In this document: positions 37,333 to 45,913 of the stretch, one piece after another
Layout: the number at the start of each line of letters is the position of its first letter
Position numbering within the stretch: position 1 is the stretch's first letter
From: Bacteroidales bacterium
GTDB taxonomy: Bacteria; Bacteroidota; Bacteroidia; Bacteroidales; VadinHA17
Length of the DNA: 64,000 nucleotides
Assembly (NCBI GenBank): GCA_032260385.1
Contig: JAVVEL010000008.1
Location: 7,313 to 71,312, forward strand
Reading direction: 5' to 3'
Notes under the pieces: generated by a model
What the model was told of the DNA's origin: nothing
The model's input: the letters and a program-made list of their open reading frames with translations, nothing else
Database searches by the model: none
Program-made: the position numbers and the translations under genes

Positions 37333-38739
37333 ATGAATAAACTATTTTTATTCTTTCTGACAATAGTTTTATGCTTTTCATCATGTGAAAAAAAAAGATA
37401 TTTCACCGGTGAAATGCCGGGTCTTCAATTTTCGGATGACACCATACATTTTGATACCGTTTTTACCAGTACAGGCGCGGTAACAAGGGAACTGAGAATA
37501 AAAAATCCTTACCGGTCATGGTTGCTCATTGACAGGATAGAGCTTGCAGGGGGCGATGATTCACCGTTCAGGATGAATTTTGACGGAATACCAGGGACCG
37601 TTTTTACTGATATTGAGATAGCACCTGCAGACAGCCTCTTTATCTTTATTGACGCCTTTATTGACCCCAATGACAGTGATAATCCGGTTTTGATAAGCGA
37701 TTCAATTGAATTTGAAACAGGAAATAATATCCTGGATGTGAACCTTATTGCCTGGGGCCAGGATATTAACCTGGTCATTTCGGCAACAGTGGAAACGGCT
37801 ACATGGACAGAAGGGAAACCATATGTGGTTTATAATTCCATGCTGGTTGATACAGGGCAGGTACTTACAATAACTGAGGGTGCCAGGATACTCTTCCACA
37901 GGGGTTCAACCATGTATGTGGCCGGGACCCTTATTGTTGAAGGAACAGTTGATAAGCCCGTCTGTTTTGATTCTGACAGGATAGAACCAATGTATTCTGA
38001 CATACCGGGCCAGTGGCAGGGCTTATATTTTCTAAACGGAAGCACCGGTAATATTATCAGGAATGCAGGTATAAGGAATGCCGTTTCTGGTTTGCACGCG
38101 GGCAATCTTGAGTCAGAAGATCCTGCACCCGGACTTCAATTGCATAATCTGATTATTTCACATATGTCCGTCAGCGGCATATCTTCACTGGGAGCGGACA
38201 TTTATGCAGAGAATACGGTAATTTCCCATTGCGGAGCTTATTGTGCATTTCTTGCCATGGGAGGGAAGTATACCTTTATTCACTGCACAATGGCAAATCA
38301 ATGGGACTATTCAAACCGCCTTAGCCCTGCATTGTATATAAGTGACTTTTTTGATTATAACGAAGAACGGTATACAGGAGAGCTGGTTAAAGCAGGATTT
38401 TATAATTCCGTTATTACCGGGAATAAGGATACGGAAATATATACGGATAGCCATGATGAAGGGAACCTCGATGTTGAGTTTGTCAGTTGTCTTATTCAGA
38501 GTACTGACCTCCTGGATTATCCCTGTGATAATTGTATTTTAAACCAGGATCCCCGTTTTGTCAGCTGGAGTGATTATGATTTCAGGCCCGATACGCTTTC
38601 ACCACTGATTAATGCCGGATCATATTACTATGCTGATATGGTGCAATTTGACCTGAGAGGATTTGACAGGCTGGATGACGATGGACCGGACCTTGGCGCC
38701 TATGAGAGACAGACAGATGAAAAGGCTGAAAATAAATAG
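37333..38739 (+). CDS. lipoprotein with predicted right-handed beta-helix region, function unknown
   Basis: Lipobox CFSSC. Repetitive G/N/I-rich segments follow (NIIRNAGIRNA, HNLIISHMSVSGI, AENTVISHCGA). The C-terminal block is D-x-RG-x-R...DGPDLGAYE, which I associate with beta-helix and choice-of-anchor type proteins. Confidence 0.55.
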   Translation: MNKLFLFFLTIVLCFSSCEKKRYFTGEMPGLQFSDDTIHFDTVFTSTGAVTRELRIKNPYRSWLLIDRIELAGGDDSPFRMNFDGIPGTVFTDIEIAPADSLFIFIDAFIDPNDSDNPVLISDSIEFETGNNILDVNLIAWGQDINLVISATVETATWTEGKPYVVYNSMLVDTGQVLTITEGARILFHRGSTMYVAGTLIVEGTVDKPVCFDSDRIEPMYSDIPGQWQGLYFLNGSTGNIIRNAGIRNAVSGLHAGNLESEDPAPGLQLHNLIISHMSVSGISSLGADIYAENTVISHCGAYCAFLAMGGKYTFIHCTMANQWDYSNRLSPALYISDFFDYNEERYTGELVKAGFYNSVITGNKDTEIYTDSHDEGNLDVEFVSCLIQSTDLLDYPCDNCILNQDPRFVSWSDYDFRPDTLSPLINAGSYYYADMVQFDLRGFDRLDDDGPDLGAYERQTDEKAENK

Positions 38740-39769
38740 TTTGCTTCTTCTTCTCCCTGCGGCTGCACTTATTTTACTTTTGCCTTCAGGGAATAAAATT
38801 CCGGAGAAAATGCCGGACAGTCAGAGAGATGCACTGCAGGTTATGTTCTATAATGTTGAAAATTTATTTGATACCCTGGACAGTAGTCTTGATGATGATG
38901 AATTCCTGCCAGGGTCACCGCGTAAATGGGATTCCTATAAATATTACCGGAAGCTGAATAATATTTTCAAAGTAATCATGCTATGCAGCAATGATATGGA
39001 AGCACCTGACCTGGTAGGACTGTGTGAAGTTGAAAGTCCCGGTGTACTCGGGGACCTATGCGAGAAAACCTATCTTTCCCGCGAGGCTTACGGATATGTA
39101 ATATCAACAGGCAGGGATGAACGGGGAATAAATACAGCCCTCCTGTACAGGAAAGAAAAACTGGACCTGCTGTCTACCGAATCATGGTGCCCCGTTAGTG
39201 CAGACGAGACATTATTGAATACCAGGGCTTTCCTATATACCAGGTTTAAATATGATAATGATACAATTGATGTGATTGTATGTCACTGGCCTTCAAGAAG
39301 GGGAGGAACCATACCTTCAGAGATACGGCGAAAGGCAGTTGCATCATATCTGAGAGCTAAAATAGACAGTATCGGAAACGACAGGAAAATAATTATTATG
39401 GGTGACCTGAATGATGAACCCACCTCGGAATCGGTCTGCGAAGTCCTTGATGCCAAGTTAAAAATAAATAATAAACGAAGTGATTACCTGGTAAACACTG
39501 TCCTTGATGGCAATAGTTGGCCGGGTACTTATAAGTACCAGGGCACCTGGTATCATTTTGACCAGATAATAATATCCGGGGTATTATTGGAATCGGACAG
39601 CGGTCTGTATTATCGCAGGAACAGCTTCAGGGTTATTAACTCCGGAGTCTTACTGACAGATGATACATCGTACAGAGGATTAAGACCATTCAGTACCTGG
39701 TGGGGATATGATTATACAGGAGGATTCAGCGATCACCTCCCTGTAACTGCAGGTCTTTGTTCAAGGTAA
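38717..39769 (+). CDS. secreted endonuclease/exonuclease/phosphatase (EEP) family protein
   Basis: Signal-like MKRLKINSLLLLLPAAALILL, then EEP blocks (FYNVENLFD, GLCEVES, VCHWPSRRGG, IMGDLNDEP, SDHLPV). The start at ATG 38717 overlaps the upstream lipoprotein gene by 23 nt. Confidence 0.75.
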   Translation: MKRLKINSLLLLLPAAALILLLPSGNKIPEKMPDSQRDALQVMFYNVENLFDTLDSSLDDDEFLPGSPRKWDSYKYYRKLNNIFKVIMLCSNDMEAPDLVGLCEVESPGVLGDLCEKTYLSREAYGYVISTGRDERGINTALLYRKEKLDLLSTESWCPVSADETLLNTRAFLYTRFKYDNDTIDVIVCHWPSRRGGTIPSEIRRKAVASYLRAKIDSIGNDRKIIIMGDLNDEPTSESVCEVLDAKLKINNKRSDYLVNTVLDGNSWPGTYKYQGTWYHFDQIIISGVLLESDSGLYYRRNSFRVINSGVLLTDDTSYRGLRPFSTWWGYDYTGGFSDHLPVTAGLCSR

Positions 39770-39771
39770 AG

Positions 39772-41226
39772 TTATCCTGAAGCGGGCTTAATACCCATCC
39801 CGGCAGCTTTTTTAAGTATAAAATCTTTTGCCGCTTCGTACTCATTCGGTATGATGCCATCGAGAATGGCTTCCTTTATGCTGTCCTTTAAAAATCCTAC
39901 CTCCCTGCCGGGTTTAAGACCGAACATTTCTATTATTTCATTACCATCTAAGGGTGGCTGAAAATTCCTGATATGATCCTTCTGCTCAATCTCCCTGAGT
40001 TTTTGTCTTACCAGGCTGAAATTTCTCAGATGCTGCCGGACTTTCTTTTCGTTCTTTGAGGTAATATCGGCCTCACACAGAGTCATAAGATCATCAATAT
40101 CATCCCCGGCATCAAAAAGCAGCCTCCTGACGGCAGAGTCAGTTACTGAATCCTGAGAAAGAATAATGGGTCTTAAATGCAGTGCAACAAGCTTTTTGAC
40201 ATACTTCATGCTGTCCCCCATCGGCAGTTTCAACCTCTTAAATATGCCCGGAACCATTTTTGATCCGATAAATTCATGGCCGTGGAAGGTCCATCCCGTC
40301 CCTTCAACATATTTTTTTGTCACAGGTTTGGCTATATCATGCAGGAGGGCTGCCCAGCGTAACCACAATGAAGTCGATTTTTGACTAACATTATCCACGA
40401 CCTGCAAGGTATGTTCAAAATTATCTTTATGTCCATGTTTTTCTTTCTTATCAACTCCCTTGAGCATATATACTTCGGGGAGTATTATTTCAAGGAGCCT
40501 GCTATCACAGAGTAAGCTGAAGCCACGAGAGGGCTCGGGACTCATTAATATTTTGTTTATCTCTGTTGTAATCCTTTCGTATGAAACAATAGAGATTCTC
40601 CCGGAATTTTCTTTAATTGATTCTAATGTGCCGGGGTGAATTTTAAAGCCAAGCTGGGAAGCAAATCTTATTGCTCTCATCATCCTCAGCGGATCATCAG
40701 AAAATGTTCTGCCCGGTTCAAGCGGCGTTCTTATAATCTTGTTTTCAAGATCCTCAATACCCCTGAAAGGGTCTATCAATTTCCCGTAGCTCTGCCTGTT
40801 GAGACTGATTGCCATAGCGTTGATAGTGAAATCGCGCCGGTTCTGGTCGTCTTCCAGGTTGCCGTCTTCAACCACTGGCTTGCGTGAGTCACTGCTGTAT
40901 GATTCCTTCCTGGCTCCGACAAACTCAATTATGTGTCCACCGGTCCTGAACATGGCCGTGCCAAAATTCTTATATACTGTTACCTTTATTTTTGGTGATA
41001 TAGTGGCAGCAACCTTTTTTGCGAGGTCAATGCCGCTACCCTTGACAACGATATCAATATCCTTGTTGTCATATTCCCGCCCCATGAGACAGTCACGTAC
41101 ATAACCACCGATTACATATGCCTCTACGCCCGATCTGTATGCACAATCGGAAATAAGGGTAAAAATACTGTCAGATATACATCTGTTCATATCTAAATAT
41201 GACGAATTGTTCATAGTATATGACAA
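39772..41226 (-). CDS. CCA-adding tRNA nucleotidyltransferase / poly(A) polymerase family protein with HD domain
   Basis: Nucleotidyltransferase head GGYVRD...DIDIVV, RRDFTINAM, and a C-terminal HD region (LLHDIAKP). Confidence 0.8.
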   Translation of the reverse strand: MSYTMNNSSYLDMNRCISDSIFTLISDCAYRSGVEAYVIGGYVRDCLMGREYDNKDIDIVVKGSGIDLAKKVAATISPKIKVTVYKNFGTAMFRTGGHIIEFVGARKESYSSDSRKPVVEDGNLEDDQNRRDFTINAMAISLNRQSYGKLIDPFRGIEDLENKIIRTPLEPGRTFSDDPLRMMRAIRFASQLGFKIHPGTLESIKENSGRISIVSYERITTEINKILMSPEPSRGFSLLCDSRLLEIILPEVYMLKGVDKKEKHGHKDNFEHTLQVVDNVSQKSTSLWLRWAALLHDIAKPVTKKYVEGTGWTFHGHEFIGSKMVPGIFKRLKLPMGDSMKYVKKLVALHLRPIILSQDSVTDSAVRRLLFDAGDDIDDLMTLCEADITSKNEKKVRQHLRNFSLVRQKLREIEQKDHIRNFQPPLDGNEIIEMFGLKPGREVGFLKDSIKEAILDGIIPNEYEAAKDFILKKAAGMGIKPASG

Positions 41227-41324
41227 AATTACAATTAAATGCTCAAAAAGCCGTTATTATTTAAGTATTTGAACAAGGGTATAGTCTTTGATGTTATAGA
41301 AAAAAACAAATTAAGAAAAACATT

Positions 41325-41690
41325 ATGGTAGAGCATCTGACTAAAGAAACATTTCTGACTAAGGTATTTAATTACGAAGAAAACAAAGAGTGGAAATTTG
41401 AAGGCGAAAAGCCCTGCATGATTGATTTTTATGCAGACTGGTGTCAGCCATGCAAAATGGTTGCACCCATACTTGAAGAATTAGCGAAAGAGTATAACGG
41501 TTCGCTTGATATTTACAAGATCGATACTGAATCGGAGCAGGAACTGGCAGCCATTTTTGGAATCAGGAGTATTCCTTCTCTTTTATTTGTTCCGAAGGAA
41601 GGGCAGCCCCAGATGGCAATGGGCGCATTGCCAAAAGACACATTTGAAAAAGCAATAAAAGATGTATTAGGTGTTGAAAAGGCGAAGTAA
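41325..41690 (+). CDS. thioredoxin-family protein with a WCQPC active site
   Basis: 121 aa with a Trx fold layout: DFYADWCQPCKMVAP ... IRSIPSLLF (cis-Pro). Confidence 0.85.
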   Translation: MVEHLTKETFLTKVFNYEENKEWKFEGEKPCMIDFYADWCQPCKMVAPILEELAKEYNGSLDIYKIDTESEQELAAIFGIRSIPSLLFVPKEGQPQMAMGALPKDTFEKAIKDVLGVEKAK

Positions 41691-41834
41691 ATATTAAAAA
41701 AAAGTTAAATATTAATTTTTAATAGGCGATTAGTGTAACAATTAATACCTTTGTTACGTTAAAAGAACAGAAGGTAACACTTGAAAAACAGTAGTTTGTT
41801 TTCTGGGATTTAGGTTTAGGGACATTAGGGAAAA

Positions 41835-41866
41835 ATCAGGGCACACAATAGTCCTGATTTTTTTTT
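41835..41866. terminator. bidirectional intrinsic terminator between trx and xseB
   Basis: Stem ATCAGGGC / GTCCTGAT (8 bp, one G-T) with an 8-nt loop. It is flanked by A5 on the left and T9 on the right, and it abuts the xseB stop codon. Confidence 0.75.
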
Positions 41867-42062
41867 ATTCCATATCATTGATAATTTTACCTATTTCCTC
41901 TTCTGTGTCCCTTAGTTTAGCCTGGCATAGCCGTAATAATTCCGAAGCCCGCTTTACTTTTCCTGACAGTTCGTCAACGTCAAGTTCTCCCGATTCTATT
42001 TGCTCAAGGATATTTTCCAGTTCGGCAACAGCCTTATTAAAGGTAGGTTTGTTTTCAGTCAT
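41865..42062 (-). CDS. xseB: exodeoxyribonuclease VII small subunit
   Basis: 65-aa helical protein with FNKAVAELENILEQIESGELDVDEL...LCQAKL, typical of XseB. Confidence 0.8.
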   Translation of the reverse strand: MTENKPTFNKAVAELENILEQIESGELDVDELSGKVKRASELLRLCQAKLRDTEEEIGKIINDME

Positions 42063-43986
42063 GGGTATTATTGATATGAATAAATATTGTTGTTCCTGAA
42101 TTTTTTTTGCTTTCCAGGCTAAGGAGGCTATGATTCTTTTTTGTCATAAGCTTGACTATCAGCAGCCCAAGCCCCATTTTATGAGTGTCGGTTGTGGTAC
42201 TTTCATTTTTAACCCTGCTTAAATCAAATATTTTATCTTTAAGACTTTCCGGGATGCCGCTTCCGAAATCAGTTACAGAGAGTGTGCATCCTGATTTTGA
42301 TTTTTCAGCCCTTATTATTATGTCTGATCTTGGATGTGAGTGTTCTATACTGTTCTCCGTAAGAATTGTCAGTATTGTTCGCAGGCAAAACCTGTCATAC
42401 TTTATTTCTATCCCGGGGTCAACATCAAACCTTATTCTTATGTCTTTCTTAAGGGCTATACCAAGAAGGGCAGGCAATATTTCGTGTAAAAAGTCATTAA
42501 GGTTAAAGGTGACCTGTTCAATCATATATTTATTTCTCTGGAGCTTTGACCAGAGAAGTATTCTTTCGAGACCTTTTTCTATGCCCGAGGAATCCTTATA
42601 GAGTTGTTCCATCTGTGTTTTAAGCTTCAGGTCTTTACTGTGTGTCCCGAGATATTCACTTATATCTGATAATTTGGCAGTCAGGTTGCTGAAGGGTTTA
42701 CTTAGCTTGAGGGATATAATTGAAAAGAAGTCGCTTTTATTTTCACGAATGCTTAGTATTCTCTCTTTATACCTGGATGATCTTTCATAAGCCTCCTGCA
42801 GCCCGGCTCTTCTTTGTTCCAGCTTAATATTTGTTTTCCTTATGGCATTGAGATTGTATAAGAGATAAGCGAGTACAGCAATAGTTAAAAAGAGGGCGAG
42901 ATTTATTATAAATGAGATAATCTTTTCCAGTTTTATCCTTTTGACTATTAATTCGTTTTGTTGTTGTGACCATTCAATATTTTCTTCAGATGCCTTGATA
43001 CTCAGTCTGATGTTATAATTTGAGACCAGGTTCTGTACTTCCGTTCTTGTATGATAAGAACGATGCTGGCGATACAAGAGACGGTAGGTTAAGGCCTGAC
43101 TTTCATTTCCCTGATTTCTGTATTTTTCAGCCAGGGTAGATATAACATCCAACGGGTCAATAACTTCATAATTGTGTAAGAGCTCAAAATTAATACTGTC
43201 TATATAAGCTGCGCTCAATTCCAGCTCATTATTCTTAAGGTGGTATTTGCAGAGTCTGAGCTTGATCATATTTTTATGTGCCTCTGACCTCATTTTATTG
43301 TTTTCCAGTATCATCGAATCTATCCAGCTCCTGGCGCCTCTTTGACCTGACTCATAGTAATTATCAATCAGGAAGGCCCATGCATCCATTTTTCTTCCAT
43401 ATTCTTCTACGCCACGGTAATATTCCAGTGCTTCCAGAAGGTATTTTCTGCTGTTGTCGTAGTCTTTAAAAGCAAGATATGTTTCACCCAGGGTTGTGAG
43501 CTCGTCTCCTATTCTCCGTTCATCAAGGGCTTCCTTCCTTAAGTCGATTGATGTTTTATAAGCTTCGATGCTTTTTAAGGTATCATTCCTCTTAAAGGCT
43601 ACAAGTCCCAGGTTGTGCAATATTGAGGCCTTATCTTCAAAAAGCTTCAGGCTGTCGAAAAGTGTCAAAGCCTTCAGGTAATTTTCTTCTGCTTCCGGAA
43701 GTAAACCGGATGAAGTATAGAGGTTCCCGTAAATATGCCATGTTTCTGCTATTTTTTCCGCATCATTAAGCTTTTTTGCTATCTCCATTCGCCTGCCTGC
43801 GTATATCAGCCCGCTTCTCAAGGACCTGTATTGTTCATCAAGTGCATATTTCTTCAGTACTTCCATTTTTACTGAATCATGCATTTCGGGCAAAGTTTGG
43901 AGGACTGTATCGGTAATATTGCCCTGGCTTCTGGCGGTCATAGCCAGGAAAATAAAAACGGCAATATGTAATCCACGGCTAAGCAT
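42055..43986 (-). CDS. TPR-repeat membrane histidine-kinase-like protein lacking the canonical phospho-acceptor His
   Basis: Signal or TM segment, TPR-like repeats, one internal TM, a coiled coil, then a DHp-like segment FFSIISLKLSKPF. In the paralog the aligned segment is ISVFAHDLINPF, so His is replaced by Leu here. The HATPase_c motifs are intact (TENSIEHS, DFGSGI, GLGL). Confidence 0.75.
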   Translation of the reverse strand: MLSRGLHIAVFIFLAMTARSQGNITDTVLQTLPEMHDSVKMEVLKKYALDEQYRSLRSGLIYAGRRMEIAKKLNDAEKIAETWHIYGNLYTSSGLLPEAEENYLKALTLFDSLKLFEDKASILHNLGLVAFKRNDTLKSIEAYKTSIDLRKEALDERRIGDELTTLGETYLAFKDYDNSRKYLLEALEYYRGVEEYGRKMDAWAFLIDNYYESGQRGARSWIDSMILENNKMRSEAHKNMIKLRLCKYHLKNNELELSAAYIDSINFELLHNYEVIDPLDVISTLAEKYRNQGNESQALTYRLLYRQHRSYHTRTEVQNLVSNYNIRLSIKASEENIEWSQQQNELIVKRIKLEKIISFIINLALFLTIAVLAYLLYNLNAIRKTNIKLEQRRAGLQEAYERSSRYKERILSIRENKSDFFSIISLKLSKPFSNLTAKLSDISEYLGTHSKDLKLKTQMEQLYKDSSGIEKGLERILLWSKLQRNKYMIEQVTFNLNDFLHEILPALLGIALKKDIRIRFDVDPGIEIKYDRFCLRTILTILTENSIEHSHPRSDIIIRAEKSKSGCTLSVTDFGSGIPESLKDKIFDLSRVKNESTTTDTHKMGLGLLIVKLMTKKNHSLLSLESKKNSGTTIFIHINNTHD

Positions 43987-45913
43987 CAGCTTTCATTATT
44001 TTGAGGATTACGCCTGTACCCTGTTCGCTCCTGTTATCTATTTCCAGTTCGCCTTTGTTCATCCTAAGCAGGTCTATGCATATTGCCAGTCCCAGTCCAC
44101 TGCCTTTTTCACTACCTGTTCCTGGCTTTGACATAAGGTAATTACCCTTTAAAATATTTCTTCTTACTTCATTATCCATCCCTACACCATCATCTTCCAC
44201 CGATATATAGATAAGATTATCCTCCTCATAAACGTTGATTCGGACCTCCTCACCGGTATGGCTGTATTTAATGGCATTATTCAGGACATTTCGCATGACG
44301 GTTTTCAGTACATCGGGATTTATTCTGGCAGTAAGATCCTTGTCGCAGTTTGCAGTGATATTGATTTTCTTCCTTTCTGCCAGGGGTCTATAGAGTGCGA
44401 GCACATCATGAATCACAGGGATCACATTGATCTCAGACATCTCAAGTTTATCTTTTCCGGCCTGTATGGTGGCGATGCTCTGCAGATTTATCAGTAGCTG
44501 GTTTAGTTGAAATGATGTTTCACTGAGCATATTGCTGTATTCAATCATACTTTCCTTGTCGAGTGCTTCAAAGTCATCAACCATTAATTTACTGAAGCCA
44601 AGTATAGCCTGGAAAGGATTTATGAGATCATGGGCAAAGACTGATATGAGAGTGTCAAGCAATTTATTTTCTTTCTCAAGTTCTTTATTGGTTTTTTGCA
44701 GTTCCCTGTTTACTGCAGCAAACTTCTCCGTTTCGATGCTGAGTTCCTCCTTGGATCTATTCCTTAATTTTCTTATCCGTAGCAGTATAACAAAAAGTAT
44801 AACAAAGGCAAAAAGTATTATCAGTGAGGTTATCATAAGTTTATGCGCCACATTCTGCCTGGTAAGGTTAAGTTCCATTTCGCGGTTAATACTTGCCTGG
44901 AGTCTTTCGTTTCTCGTTTCTTCATACTCAATCATTAACAGGCTTATAATTTCTTCCCTGTCAACTATATTATCATCAGCATGAATTTCAGACAGTATAC
45001 TATCATATTTCCAGGCTTTGTCGTAATCACCTGTGGATGTATAAGCTCTGCAGAGGTATTCGAGGTGGTCATACTGGTCGGGCAGCCTGTATCTATCGTC
45101 AATATTAAATTGTTTGGAGGTACTTATTACCTTTTCATACTCACCCTCAATGAGGTGAAACTCCATTACTGATGTATAAAATACCAGTTGGTCCACATCG
45201 TTATGCCTGTTCTCATCCAGTGCCAGGTAGCCCCTGTTGATCCAGCTTTCAGCCTGATCACGCTCACCAAGCTTATTGTAAGCGCTGATAATTAATCCAA
45301 TGACAGAAACCGGGGATATATTATTTAAAGTAATACTTTCCTTTTTGAGTAATTTTTCCAGTATATCAATTGCTTCATGGTAATTAGCGAGTTCCACTTC
45401 CACTTCAGCGAGATTATAGCTGAAAATATCGTAATAATTCATACCCTTTTTTTCATTGATATCAATGGCACGCAAGAGGTATTTTTTTGATGACTGGTAA
45501 TCGCCAACCAGGGCAAATATTATGGCTATATTATTAAGAAGCACGTTAACACCCTGGTAGTATTCCTGTTCCGAATAAATTGCCAGAGCTGTAAGGAAAT
45601 GTTTCAGGGCCTTACTGTTGTCTCCTTTCAAATAGTTGATTACACCTTCCATATTTTCTGACAATCCATCATAGATGGGATAGTTATTGCATGAAAGGCT
45701 CTTCATCTGGCTGGCAATGAGTTCGAGGCTGTTTGCGTCAGCGTTGTTTAGATGCTCCGATGCTTTTACGTACAAGTCCTCTAAGAGCCTGAAATTTAAT
45801 TTTTCGCTCGCATGATATTTGTAACAATAAGGGAAGTATGTATTCTGGCCATATAAGCCTTGAAACAATACAATAACTAGCAGACTTATTAAAAATCTTT
45901 TCCCCTTTCTCAT
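43979..45913 (-). CDS. TPR-repeat membrane sensor histidine kinase
   Basis: Same architecture as the 42055 gene, but with H-box FAHDLINPF, N-box VLNNAIKYS, G1 DDGVGM and G2 GSGLGL. Its start overlaps the xseA stop (ATGA). Confidence 0.8.
   Translation of the reverse strand: MRKGKRFLISLLVIVLFQGLYGQNTYFPYCYKYHASEKLNFRLLEDLYVKASEHLNNADANSLELIASQMKSLSCNNYPIYDGLSENMEGVINYLKGDNSKALKHFLTALAIYSEQEYYQGVNVLLNNIAIIFALVGDYQSSKKYLLRAIDINEKKGMNYYDIFSYNLAEVEVELANYHEAIDILEKLLKKESITLNNISPVSVIGLIISAYNKLGERDQAESWINRGYLALDENRHNDVDQLVFYTSVMEFHLIEGEYEKVISTSKQFNIDDRYRLPDQYDHLEYLCRAYTSTGDYDKAWKYDSILSEIHADDNIVDREEIISLLMIEYEETRNERLQASINREMELNLTRQNVAHKLMITSLIILFAFVILFVILLRIRKLRNRSKEELSIETEKFAAVNRELQKTNKELEKENKLLDTLISVFAHDLINPFQAILGFSKLMVDDFEALDKESMIEYSNMLSETSFQLNQLLINLQSIATIQAGKDKLEMSEINVIPVIHDVLALYRPLAERKKINITANCDKDLTARINPDVLKTVMRNVLNNAIKYSHTGEEVRINVYEEDNLIYISVEDDGVGMDNEVRRNILKGNYLMSKPGTGSEKGSGLGLAICIDLLRMNKGELEIDNRSEQGTGVILKIMKADA

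Noticed and set aside
41800-41830. TTTAGG/TTAGGG-like short repeats (ggatttaggtttagggacattaggg)
   Set aside because: There are three loose copies in an AT-rich terminator-proximal spacer. The tract is too short and degenerate to distinguish from chance.
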